A stretch of DNA of 64,000 bases, taken from Mustelus asterias. Its lineage: Eukaryota. Made by a program: the position numbers and the translations under genes. The notes under the pieces were generated by a model. The model was not told the DNA's origin. It did no database searches and saw nothing but the letters and a program-made list of their open reading frames with translations. Below, one piece after another: positions 48,840 through 61,349 of the stretch; the first letter of the stretch is position 1; each line of letters begins with the position of its first letter. The stretch is from NCBI RefSeq assembly GCF_964213995.1, contig NC_135826.1, forward strand, positions 15,128,001 to 15,192,000, read 5' to 3'.

Positions 48840-49660
48840 AATTTTCACGGCTACAAGTTAAAACACCATCCAACTCCAACGTACCTCGGCGTGACTCTAG
48901 ATAGGACACTGACATTCCATGAACACCTAAAAACAACTGCAGACAAGCTCAAAAACAACTTGATTGCCAAACTAGCCAGCTCAATGTGGGGTGTTGCTAC
49001 CACCACCCTCTGAACCTCAGCACTTGAACTCTAATACTCAGTAGCAGAATACTGCCCCCGTTAGGTCAAGATCATCACACACACACATAGAGTTGATACC
49101 CAGCTGAATAATACCATATGCATATTACTGAAACACTACACTCAGCACAAATCCCTTGGCTCCCTGTTCTTGTAAACATCAGTCCTCCATGGTTCCACTG
49201 ACTTGCAACAGCCCATAAACTGATAGAAAAAGTTTGCAATTGCCCCCATCTTCCATTAGATGATGATCTATTCAGCCCATCCAAGGTACGACTCCCATCA
49301 AGAAGGCCGATCTGAAAAACCCTTCCACACAGGACTTCAATGCAAACTCCACCTGGACAAATGAATGGGAATCATTGGACATGACAAACTAGTACCTGGT
49401 CTCAAACCCAACCCAATGGCTGCCTGGTTTCAACCTTCCAAGGAAAGAATGGTCCATCTTCAACAGTTCAGGGCTGGCCATGGCCCTTGCTTAGCCACCC
49501 TCCACAGATGGGGCATTAGTGCCAGGCCTGTAGGAGAGAAGGAACTGTGCATCACCTCATGGAAGAGTGTGTCCAATCCATAGACTCAGCGGAGGCCTAA
49601 CCTCAATCAACACAACAGGACTGGAAGAAACTTCTTGGTTTCGGGACATTGTATTCACTA
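48840..49660 (+). mobile_element. Decayed LINE 3' end (RTE-like)
   Basis: PTYLGVTLDRTLTFHEHL motif. Confidence 0.55.
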
Positions 49661-50589
49661 AATAAATTTATCATTCTCTTTCTTCCAATTCAAGTTTTTT
49701 TTTGCAGTGGTGGAAAGGGGAGGCAGTGGTGTAGTGGTATTGTTGCTGGACCAGTAATCCAGAGACCCAGACCCAGGATAATGCTCTGGGTACCTGGGTT
49801 CAAATCCCACCACTGCAGAAATTTGAATTCAATAAAAATCTGGAATTAAAAGTTGATTGTCATAAAAATGGTCACTAATGCTCTTTAGAGAAGGAAAACT
49901 ATCGTCCTTACCTTATCTGGCCTACATGTGACTCCAGATCCATAGCAGCAGACTCTTAAATGCCCTCAGGGATGGACAATAAACGTTGGCCCAGCCAGTG
50001 ATATCCAGATCCCAGGAACAAATACAAAAAACTGACCTTAGTCCTCTTGGAGAACCTGGTCTCTTGGCATTGCTTCCAATTTCAAATGAGAAAGTAATCC
50101 TAATTAATTTATCTGCCAATTCTATCAATTTATCTTTTGTTACCTTTTGTAAACCTTCCAAGGTTATGTTTCCTACTCCCAGACAAGTCTTAGCAATTGC
50201 CAAAACCATTTTGTAGTCACCCACTTTAAAGTCGCATAATATCTCTCCTGGTTCAGTATTTTCCTCACCCTTGTTGCTTTTAAATTCATCAATTCCAAGA
50301 CAATCAAGGAATTATTCTTTTAATATCCCGCAAAGAGACTCAAATTTAGTTCAGGGCACAGCTGATAGTAAACACCGAGTTGTTCAAACCCCAGAAGGGG
50401 AACTTGAAACAACTGCCCTCACATTTGTGTTTGCTATTTATATAGTATGAGGAGAGGTTTTGAAATCCAGAAATGATGTCCCCAGCTACTTGTGAGGATT
50501 TTATAGTAAAGTAAATGTTCATTAAGTAATAAGAAATAATAAAATAAAGGAGAGTTACACTTAAATAAGATAATGGTTTCACACAGTAC

Positions 50590-51305
50590 CAATAAATGGG
50601 GAAAGGCTTCAGAAATCTGAAACACAAAAGAGACTTGGGAGTCCTGGTTCAAGACTCTCTTAATGTTAACATGCAAGTTCAGCTGGCAGTTAGGAAGGCA
50701 AATTCAATGTTAGCATTAATTTCTAGAGGGTTAGAATACAAGAGCAGGGATGTACTGTTGAGGTAGCAAAAGGCTCTGGTCAGACCCCATTTGGAATACT
50801 GTGAGCAGTTTTGGGCTCCATACCTAAGGAACGATGTGCTGGCCTTGGAGGGGATCCAGAGGAGGTTCACAAGAATGATCCCAGGAATGAAGGTGTTGTC
50901 ATATGAGGAGTGGTTGAAGAGTCTGGGTCTTTACTCGATGGAGTTTAAAAGGATGAGGAGGGGAATCTAATCGAAAATTACAGAATACTGAAAGGCCTGG
51001 ATAAAGTGAACATGGAGAGGATGTTTCCACTAGTGGGAGAGACTAGAACTCCAGGGCACAACCTCAGAGTGAAGGCACGCTTCTTTAAAACGGAGATGAG
51101 GAGGAATTTCTTCAGCCAGAGGGTGGTGAATCTGTGGAACTTATTGCCACAGAGGGCCAGGTCATTGAGTCTCTTTAAGACAGAGATAGATAGGTTCTTG
51201 ACCAATAAGGAGATCAAGGGTTACGGGGAGAAGGCAGGAGAATGGGGATGAGAAGCAGACTTAATGGGCTGAATGGCCTAATTCTGCTCCTGTATCTTGT
51301 GGTCT
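50590..51305 (+). mobile_element. CR1 3' fragment
   Basis: NFFSQRVVNLWN motif; LVRPHLEYC-like codons. Confidence 0.8.
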
Positions 51306-51594
51306 AATAATCCAAAACAGTTCCAAACAATCTTAATTTAACTACATTCTTCATCTGTTCAGCAACACCTTTTGGATTTTAAGATCCATAAAAGTTCAGT
51401 AACTTTTACCACACACACTGTGCCTTTAATTTTTGTTGTGGTACCCTCTGAGGTTAACAGCAATTGGCTTTTCAGATCGGGTTCTGTTCACACTGCTTTC
51501 TGGGAGTTTGACCAGCGATTTCTGCTATCTGCTGAGATCAAAAACAGCCCTTTCATTGGTTTCAGTTTCTCCTTAAATACGTTCCTTCTTTTTG

Positions 51595-51865
51595 GTGGCA
51601 CAATAGTTAACATTGCTGCCTCACAGCGCCAGGGACCCGGGTTCAATTCTCGACTTGGGTCACTGTCTGTCTGGAGTCTGCACATTCTCCCCGTGTCTGT
51701 GTGGGTTTCCTCCGGGTGCTCCGGTTTCCTCCCACAGTCCAAAAGTCATGCTGGTTAGGTGCATTAGCCATGATAAATTCTCCCTCAACAGGCACTAGGG
51801 GATTTTCATAGTAACTTCACTGCAGTATTAATGTAAGCCTATTTGCGACATTAATAAATTAACTT
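51595..51865 (+). mobile_element. V-SINE
   Basis: Head, V core and tail as in the other copies. Confidence 0.8.
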
Positions 51866-53239
51866 AAAAACATAAATAAGGAGGTAAGGGAGGAAGGAAA
51901 TGGACAAGAAGGGAAGGGGAAGGGTTTGGACATATTAATTGTACATTTTACATGTAGTCTTACTCTTCTCTCATAATCTCTGCACATATGTCAAAGCCTC
52001 AAAAGAACGTCAGTGATTTTAAGAAGCCAAGCTAAAAGTGTGATGTACCGGCAGTGGTGGGACATGGCTCCAGATTTTAATCTGCACTGGATTCCGCAAT
52101 ATCTGTCAGAGATAATTCACATCAGCTTACATAAATTCACTAAAGCATTGAACTTTCCTAAAGCATTTGAAGTAATCACTCAGGCTTGGAAGGATAAACA
52201 TGACCTCAGGGGAGACTTGCTTAAAATACATTGTAAAATCCAAATGCACTTTCATTGAAACTTATTACATACGTTCCAAACACACCCTATCCATGTATGT
52301 GGGTCATGTTTCTTGTGCAGGATTTGTTTTAGCAGTTTGTGTTATTATTGGTGCCATTTTGTCAGCAGCCCTGTTGTTACTGCAGCAACATAATTGATCT
52401 TAATTGCGAAAATGTTTGTTTTAAATTGGACTAATGCAGGGTTGTTATTTTAGTGTTTTCCCCTGTTTTTTTTGAGTGTGGCTTGAATAGGTTGATTGAC
52501 AGCAATAGCATGTGACTGGGTGGCGCTAGGTTAACACTGAGAAATCATGTCAGTTGCTATTTTGGAAGCTGTAAAGTGAAGTAGCCATCTCTCTCTCTGA
52601 AGTCTGGAGACTGGGATCCACTAGAGACTAGGGGGCAAATTTTACCATCCCGACTGCCATGGGAATCGGAGTGGGTGAGGGGCTGACCATGGAAAGATCC
52701 ATTGACTTCATGCAGGATTTTCCGGTTTTGGGGCAAACAAGACTGGAAATTCCCACCCCTTGGCTTATTTTTCTGAAGTTTTGCTGCTTGAGGATATATC
52801 CTTCTCTGGAAATTGCTGTATGGGAATCCAAAGACAGGTGTCTTTCTGTATTTGTCCAGAGGGTTAAAAAGCTGGAAACATAGCACTCATGAGAGGATAT
52901 CTGTTTTGTGCTGATTCTGAAGAGAAATTTATGTCTCTGAGGCTACTTCTTACATTGGAACTATAGAGATAGATAACTGTTAAGAATTATACTTTGTCAT
53001 GTTTAAGTATTTTGATTAGTAAAAGTTACGCTAATTCTTTTTGTTAAATTCTAGCTGTGTCTTTAAAAAATTGTTTTAATAAAAGCTTCCTAGTGGGTCA
53101 ATCGAATCATACGTGGAGTGAAACACCTTATGCTCACCATACTGCCAAAATCAAAAAAAGTTAAGGTCTAGGCTAACTTCATAATATACCTTGGAGTTTC
53201 TGATCTGGTACCTAACACTCTCCAAAGCCATTGATCATC

Positions 53240-54790
53240 ACAGGATGGTTTATGTTCCACTGAGGGAATCAAGTGGAAGGCAAAAGCATTGCTCAGTTTG
53301 TGGCAACCTCAAAAAGACTGGCACAACTTTGTGAGTTTGGTGAGTCCTCAGAAGATACTCTCTGAGGTTGTCTACTTTGTGGTCTCCAATATGAGGCGAT
53401 CTGAAGAAGACTGCTTACTGAACGTGCTTTGACTTTAAAGACAGAGGTAGAAATCACAGTGTCAATGGAATTGTCTGCTAAAGAGGCTTCATAAATTGGT
53501 GCAGGAATGAAAATCCACAAGTTGCGAATTGCCCATAAGAAGTCAAAACAGCAACAAGCATGTCACAGACTGCCAAAATGAGCCATTCAGTGAGTGAATG
53601 CTGGAGCTAGAAATATCAATGCAAAAATTGTGACAAAATGGGTCACATTGTAAAAGCTTATTGGGCTAGACCAGTTGAGAAGAATATTCAGAAGAAGAAT
53701 CTGGGTGCCTTCAAGAAGAAGAATAAGTTGCATTCTACAAAGACAACTGAAACATGGAAGACAAGAATTGTGACTGTGAAGAAGAGAATGTCCAGAATTA
53801 TGATGAAGAGCTCCAGCTGAATGTCTTATCTATACAGGGTGAAGCACATAGATTCTGGGTGAGACTGAAGTTAAGTGGACAACCTGTTAGGATGGAGGTT
53901 GATGCTGGTGCTGTTGTATCTTTAGTTCCTGAGACCAGATACCAACAAAAGCTGATGAATCTGCCTTTAAAACCAGCTGACATGATTTTAAGGACATATA
54001 CAATAGAGGTAGGGCAGGATTTTCCAGCTGCGCTCACCCCAAAAATGGAAAATCCCACCCAGACAATGGATCTTTGCATGGTCCCCCTCTCCCCTGCTAT
54101 GATTCCTGTGGCAGGCGGGATGGGAAAATTTCCCCCATTGAGTCATTTAAAAGTTACATCATGGTCAACATAAAGTTGAGTGGACAAACAATGGAATTGA
54201 TTCCATGTTCTCCGTGGTAATTTTCCAGCTCGATTTGGGAGATCATGATTGGAGAAGATAAAGCTTAACTGAAGTGCTGTCAACAGACTGGTCAATGGGT
54301 GGCACAGTGGTTAGCACTGCTGCCTCACAGAGCCAGGGACCCGGGTTCAATTCCAGCCTTGGGTGACTGTCTGTATGGAGTTTGCACATTCTCCCCGTGT
54401 CTGCGTGGGTTTCTTCCGGGTGCTCCGGTTTCCTCCAAAGATGTGCAGGTTAGGTTTATTCGCCATGGTAATTTGCCCCTTAATGTCAGTGGGATTAGCA
54501 GGGTAATACTTGGGATTACAGGGATAAGGCCTGAGTGGGATTGTTGTTAGTGCAGGCTCGATAGACTGAATGGCCTTCTTCTGCACTGTAGGGATTCTAT
54601 GAATGTCAAAACAGGTCTACAGCACTTCCTGGATAAATACAAGAATGTATTCAAAGAGACACTTGGCTCAATGAAGGGAGTTCAAGTGAAACTCAAGACA
54701 AAACCTAAAAGTCAACCAAAAAGTCTCAAAAGCAAGAGCGGTGCCATATGCAATTTGTCCAAAGGTCAAAGAAGAACATTCCTGAACATA
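53240..54790 (+). mobile_element. Decayed Gypsy/Mag-like gag-protease remnant containing a V-SINE (54297-54600)
   Basis: CKNCDKMGHI knuckle; MEVDAGAVVSLV protease; KYKNVFKETLGSMKG. Confidence 0.7.
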
Positions 54791-54981
54791 GTAACCTGAG
54801 CAACTAACATGGCGAAAATTCTAAAGCAATTCTTGACAAAACTGAACTTGTTCCGATTCCCTGCTGTACTGGAGACAATATCCCTTTAAGCAGTGAGTAT
54901 TTGATACTTAAAGGAACGCGTCAAATGGAATAAAAACCAATGTATTTGCGTAATGTTCATATAAACACAGCTCTAGACTTT

Positions 54982-55185
54982 GTTCTGGACAGTCCCTCTC
55001 CTTAAAATAACATTGCACAGTTCCCACTGTGACCCCAGGTGTTTGTAAGTTTTTCACCCATTCCAGATAGCTGGTTTAGACTGCACTGATATGCCAAAAG
55101 CTGATTGGGTGAAGTTGTCACTGCAGAGATGCCAGTTTAACTTCAACCCAATCTCCTTCAACATTTAAATGAAATGCGATTAGCT
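54982..55185. promoter_or_regulatory. Conserved non-coding block upstream of cluster 3
   Basis: Third homologue; CAGGTG 55036-55041. Confidence 0.45.
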
Positions 55186-55583
55186 TTAGGGAAATAACTA
55201 TCAGATAATACAATGTACTCAGAAGTTAGTAAATATGTTTAACAGTCTTAGTCATTTATTATTTAATAGGTTAGTATGTCATAGTCAGGTAGCTGGCAAG
55301 TTATGACACCAGGCCTTTTCCTCTTGAGCATATCAATCAGTGTTAAAACAGTATTAACACGCATGATAAAATTATCCAACATTAAACGAGAAAGTTTGCC
55401 AATATATTGTGGGAGGACTTGAGGAGGGTACAATAACATGTGCTTATCAGTGTATGGTGTATGAATTTTATAAAAGTATATGTATTAATGAGAGAACCGC
55501 AAGATAAAAATTATTTTCTTGTCCGATATTTCCCAAGGGAGTCTTTATGTTTGCCTGCTTCTTCTATCCAGGGCTAGAATTTA

Positions 55584-56242
55584 AGTAAGAAGTTTAACAA
55601 CACCAGGTTAAAGTCCAACAGGTTTATTTGGTAGCAAAAGCCACACAAGCTTTCGGAGCTCTAAGCCCCTTCTTCAGGTGAGTGGGAATCCTGTTCACAA
55701 ACAGAGCTTATAAAGATACAGACTCAATTTACATGAATAATGGTTGGAATGCGAATACTTACAACTAATCAAGTCTTTAAGAAACAAAACAATGTGAATG
55801 GAGAGAGCACCAAGACAGGCTAAAAAGATGTGTATTGTCTCCAGACAAGACAGCCAGTGAAACTCTGCAGGTCCACGCAACTATTTGTAACTCCCACAGT
55901 TGCGTGGACCTGCAGAGTTTCACTGGCTGTCTTGTCTGGAGACAATACACATCTTTTTAGCCTGTCTTGGTGCTCTCTCCATTCACATTGTTTTGTTTCT
56001 TAAAGACTTGATTAGTTGTAAGTATTCGCATTCCAACCATTATTCATGTAAATTGAGTCTGTGTCTTTATAAGCTCTGTTTGTGAACAGGATTCCCACTC
56101 ACCTGAAGAAGGGGCTTAGAGCTCCGAAAGCTTGTGTGGCTTTTGCTACCAAATAAACCTGTTGGACTTTAACCTGGTGTTGTTAAACTTCTTACTGTGT
56201 TTACCCCAGTCCAACGCCGGCATCTCCACATCATGACTACCA
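55584..56242. mobile_element. Penelope-like insertion forming a 299-bp inverted repeat
   Basis: Arms 55584-55882 and 55898-56196 (one mismatch seen), 15-bp loop; TAGAATTTAAGT duplicated at 55575-55586 and 56243-56254. Confidence 0.85.
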
Positions 56243-56284
56243 TAGAATTTAAGTGGCAGGTCACATCTTTAAAACAAGAATTCC

Positions 56285-56524
56285 ATGTTCCCCTTTCAGA
56301 ATGATGGTAATAGAAAATCCATTGAGGGGATGCACCTGGTGCGTCTACTTGAACCAAAAAAAACAATTTGCTATCATTTGTTCCGGTGTTGCCGTCCAGT
56401 GTGACCATGTTTACCACTTTCACAGTGAAGTCTGAAGGCTGTCGGAGTTTGACACTCTCCTTATGTAAAAGAGCAGGTTTTTAAAAAAATTGAATGTTTA
56501 AAAGTTATTCCGCGCTCTGCCGAC
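56285..56524 (-). pseudogene. Inverted, decayed IgL V relic (intron 3' end to CDR2)
   Basis: Reverse complement aligns to ~34985-35210; translates VTLDGNTG..APGASPQWIFYYHHS; no YYC or RSS. Confidence 0.8.
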
Positions 56525-56739
56525 CTTTAAAATAACTTTGCAACATTTGTAAGGACCATTATAAAATGTCTGAAACGTTTCCTTTACTGTATTGAAGCAT
56601 CTCAGAATGTTACTTGAAGTATGTAGAGCCTGAATATTATTGTTTTTTTGTGTGGTCATTTTGTAATGTTTGTGATGTTCTGATTTATGAATAAAGTATA
56701 TTTTTGGAAAACATGCTGCCCCTAGTTTCTTCCTTGGGA

Positions 56740-56858
56740 AACTATCTTCAGTTTGAAATGTGATTCAGTCTCTAACTGGGCTGAGGTGTCACTACATCAA
56801 TCTCAATCTCTGACACTGAATGGGGGGCTTTCAGATCCTTGCTCTGATTGGTGAGTGT
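56740..56858 (+). promoter_or_regulatory. Truncated V promoter of cluster 3
   Basis: Near-identical to 4252-4368, stops before the octamer and runs straight into V-J spacer-like sequence. Confidence 0.88.
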
Positions 56859-57132
56859 TTGGTAAACTATTCTAATATTTTACATTTCATAAAACCACTT
56901 TAATTTTGTCCTTTATGCAATATTTTCCAATTGATACAATTTAATAATTGATGAAATTCTGAATCTCACTGCCCAGTATTGTGTCGATGACATTTTACTG
57001 TCAGTGCGTGGGTGCTGCTGTGAGTTCATTCCTTACTGTCCCACAGCAGCAGGAACACTGGGAATACATGAAGCCTGATTAATGCTGGACTGGAGAATCT
57101 GAAACGTGTTTTCTGTGATTTCCAGGATCCGG

Positions 57133-57171
57133 GATAACAGTATGGACTGGACCCTAGAACATCACACTGTG
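57133..57171 (-). other. 23-RSS of J3
   Basis: GATAACAGT-23 bp-CACTGTG (57165-57171). Confidence 0.75.
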
Positions 57172-57208
57172 CAGGTGTTTGGCCAAGGGACCAAACACTT
57201 AGTCGCAG
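57172..57208 (+). CDS. Orphan IgL J segment J3 (QVFGQGTKHLVA)
   Basis: FGxG motif; GTAAGT donor at 57209. Confidence 0.88.
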
Positions 57209-58706
57209 GTAAGTGGCTGAAAACTACCCCTGCAGAACAGTGTGAATTTGTAGATGTAGTAATTCACTTACAATTTAAACTATTCTTCGAACACTTGTAC
57301 TGTGTGAAACTGCTGACTCCACGTTTAATGTCTAACACTTTCTGTAAATTAGTCTTATGTTTTCACACCAGATCTGCTTGGCTTCTCAATTTGTGCTGTA
57401 TTTCTAGTACTAATTGTTTAGTACTATTTCTCTGAATTAATGCGGCATTTCTAGCTTTGAATGTGCTGCTTCTGAATTAGAGTTGCGCTCTTGGTGCTGT
57501 GTAGCTTTTTCTATGAGCACTCATGTTGCTGCCTGTTAATTGACTATGTAATTTTTGAGTAATTGAAGGTTTTGTTTGTGGCTCAGCGGTGGCGTCCCTT
57601 CCTTGGTGCCAGAAGCTCTGCTTTCCATTCCCACTGCAGGGCTTGATGGCCATGGAGGTATTATGACCAAGCAGTTGGGTTACCAGTCTGTAAACACTTC
57701 CTCAACAGCAGGAGAGTCTCCTCGTCGGCCAGACTGCAGAAAGCACACCACTGCACTACATAATCATGGACCAATCCAGTGGAAGTCCATGATCACCAGA
57801 ACTATTTTTGGGGCATTGTACTTTAAGTAGGAGGAATTTTGAGTGCATTCAATTGTGCTCAAGTCTATTTGTTAATTCTGAAAATTAATTAGAACCATCT
57901 CATTCTCAAAATTCTGCATGAACATGGAAACAAAAGCAGAAAAAAATCTGGTTCAGTATATTCTAGTTTGTTTAAACCTAAGATGGAAGGGCTGGTATTG
58001 GAAAAGTATAATTGTAATGTCTAGGTGAATCTATGCTGGATGTATGCACATGAATGATGCAGAGTTAAGGACTGAAATTGAGGAATGCTGTGCAAAGATT
58101 TGGGAAAAGCAATTCTGTTCTCAGCCCCAGCGGCAGAGATCACTAATTCATAGTGAAAATATGAAAGTCTGTATCAATGTTATCCTTAACTGGGCTGTTG
58201 AGGTCAACTCAATTGTCCAAGATGCACATGTTCATCGGCTGATGCCAGTCTCGGGCTGGAACCTTGGGGAGAGAGAGTTGTTAATAGTCTAGTACTTCAG
58301 ATTACTGTAATAATCCAGAGGAAGGATTCAAATGCCATTGCAATAGTTGGAGAATTTGAATTCCATTTATTCAAACGTATCCATGAAACTTGCATTGTTG
58401 TTAAAAACCCAAATTGTTCAATATCTTCAGGAAAGCAACTCTGCCGTGTTTAAAGTTTGGGACTTCAGTCCCACATCAATATGATAACTGCCCTCTAATA
58501 GGCTAACAATCCACTCCATTGTATCAAACAGCTATCAATGGTTCAAGATGTAGACCCACCATCACCTCCAAGCAACTTAAGGAGGGACTATAAATATTAT
58601 TGCCAGTGATACCCTCATTCCAAAAATTAATGGGGGAAAGAATCGCAGTGTGATGCTAATCCACTAAACTATCTAGGTAACTTGTTTCCTGTGGTTCTGA
58701 TTACAA

Positions 58707-59029
58707 TTCAGCAATTCCCTGAGCCTTTAATAAAACTGCTGGGACCTTCAGCTGATGAGTTGTCCACTAAAGGACCCGGCACATTAGTTTGCCTGGTCAG
58801 CAAACTGTCCACGGGCTTTGTTGCGGTCAGCTGGACAGTCGATGGGAGTCCGACGAGCAGTGATGTCCAAACCAGCATGGCGTCGCGGAACTCAGACAAC
58901 AGCTTCAGTCTCAGCAGCTACCTGACAGTCCCTGGCAGAGATTGGAGCAGTGGGAAGGTATACTCCTGTACAGTTCAACAAGGAGCAGCTTCAAAAACAA
59001 CCGCAACTGCCTCACAATCCAACTGTTAA
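58707..59029 (+). pseudogene. IgL constant exon C3, open frame but splice acceptor mutated
   Basis: TTACAA in place of TTACAG (58701-58706); the next AG (58710-58711) gives G-CA ATT CCC TGA, out of frame; ATTAAA 59302-59307. Confidence 0.85.
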
Positions 59030-61349
59030 ATAGATGGAAGTTTCACCTGAATAGTAGGAAAATGTTACGCTGCTTTTTCTCAACACACCATCTTCTACGT
59101 CTTGATGTCTATCGCATTTTGTGCTTTGTATTTGAAGTGTTTGTACATTAAACAATTTTGTTTTACCCTAATTCAGAAGGCCTCATGAAGGTAAATGTGG
59201 CCAGTCATTGAAGGGTGACTTGCTCAGCACAAGAAATGGATTTAATGGAGGTGGTTTCTGATGTGCTGACATCTTCAACCAAATCAATGTAAACAGACTC
59301 AATTAAAAAAAATTGTACAGGGAACCAAGTGTATTTTTCTTTGTTCTCCGCCAGTCAATGCTGCAACAAAAATGAGGAGAATGACTATACCCTCAGCTTC
59401 TGTATTACTTCAGCTTTTTAACCAGTTCACTAGCCTGCTGTGGAGGCCCACTTTAAAACAAAATGTCTACAATACAGGAAATTTAGCAATCTCACTTAAC
59501 TAGGAATAAACTAACCTAGTCAAATTCCACAAGTCCCCTGTATGTTGGCTGGACTCAAAAGCAGAGAGGATGACAAATGTTGCCCTGTTGTTACTGCCAA
59601 CTTTTGAAAAAGAGATTAATTTTCCAGTGAGCATTAACCAAAGAACAAGATTTCACCTTTTCAGGCTTCAATAAATCAACTTAAGTAATTAATACACCAA
59701 ACTAAGGAAAAGGTCCTTGGATTATCTAATTAATGCAACTGAGATGTACTACAACCACACTGCGCTCTGACAGATGTGTAACAAACATAAAGGAACAGGT
59801 TGTAAGTTACATCCAGCTTTCTAGCAGGCTCACTCTACTTGCCACACTGGATTGAAAGTCCTTTGTACCTTGAGCAAGCATTTATTCCCCATTGTATAGC
59901 AGAAGGGAATTCTTCAGGAAGTGAAATTACATGCATAAATTGGAAATTAACTGTGAAGAAAATATGGACATGAGAATTTTACGAACTGATTTGACGCATG
60001 TCACTGGGAAACAAGACTTGAGCTCATGTTCTCTCTCCGTCTTTCATACTCTGTTTTCCAAGCAAAGGTACAGTGCCTTATCTTCTTATGTCCATCCATT
60101 GGTTATTTTTAGCAGACTCCTTGAAGCCTTCTCCTGGACCCTGAGCGGACCACAGGCTCTGAGAACTACTGCTCTAGATTGTTCCAGTAATGTGGCAAGA
60201 TGTTTAAATGCAAATCAACAGCTGTGACGTGTGCCTAACTGGGAGCTGATCTGGAGCCACAACACCCAGGAAACTATTCTATTAGCTGAATATGTTTTCA
60301 CGTCAGGTACCATGATCAATGTGAAGTGGCTTGGGATCCTCAGTTTGAGTTTTCTTCGATGAAGGAGCTTCTCCCCATCTGTAACATAAGAGGGGTCTAG
60401 AGGTGAGGAGATCCAACATTGCACTTTACATTGGAGCAATATTAAAAGCATTAAAAAAGTACTTGATCAAGCATTTTTTTAGGGCTCGGTGAGGACTTCA
60501 TCCCTTTTAAGCCAGGTTTGTTGGGAAAGCATTTGACAAAAAAGGGGCAGGGATTTGTAGAAGCTCCTTTCAGAGATCATAAAACTCTCGGTACTAGCAT
60601 ACTAGTTCCAAACCAGAGTGGAAAACAGAGCAGGTTGCAATATCGGGCAGATCTGTTTCTGTTCAATTTCTTAGTCTGTTATTCTCAGCTGTGTTCATTT
60701 TCTGTGCTAAGTGTGTAATGGATCACCAAAATTATGGAAATAAGTAATCTCACCAAAGTGCAAGGGGTGGGGTTCGGCACAGATTTCTGTTTGAATCTGA
60801 GGTTATATTCACTTGTAGACTAAGGTAACAGTGTTCATTGAATGATAGATCTCAGGAAGCCACTTCGCATACAATGTAGCTGAACTCTCGAGTGGTGCAT
60901 CCCATGTGTGCACCCAAAGAATTGAAAGAACAATTTTGTGACGTGATTGACAGAATGAGCTGATACTATGCTAGGATACCCAAATTGGTCAAGGATATGC
61001 AGACAATGTCTTCTTTATTCACCCAGAAACAAGTGTTAAGGAAATGGATCATGGTTTTGGGCTATTTAAGGAGTCGGTCAACAGTTTTCAGCGGAGGTGC
61101 TTTTGACTCATGTAAAGTTGGTGAAAGCGTGTGGCGAGTTGCTGGAGTTAAAAGGCTTTTGTTGATTGGAGGAAGGCAGAAAATAAAATTTCTTTGCATT
61201 GGCATGGGAACAGTAGTTACAGGGCTACTTGTTTTGTCGCCAAAACAGGACTTGTGGAGGAAGAGACAGGAAGGGGAACCTCTGCAAATGAGGTGGCGAA
61301 AGAGGGCTCTGTACAGAAGGTGCCACCCACAAAGGGCCATCCAGGGCCT

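Noticed and set aside
56421-56427. CACAGTG as an RSS for cluster 3
   Set aside because: Lies inside FR1 of the inverted V relic; no nonamer at 12 or 23 bp.
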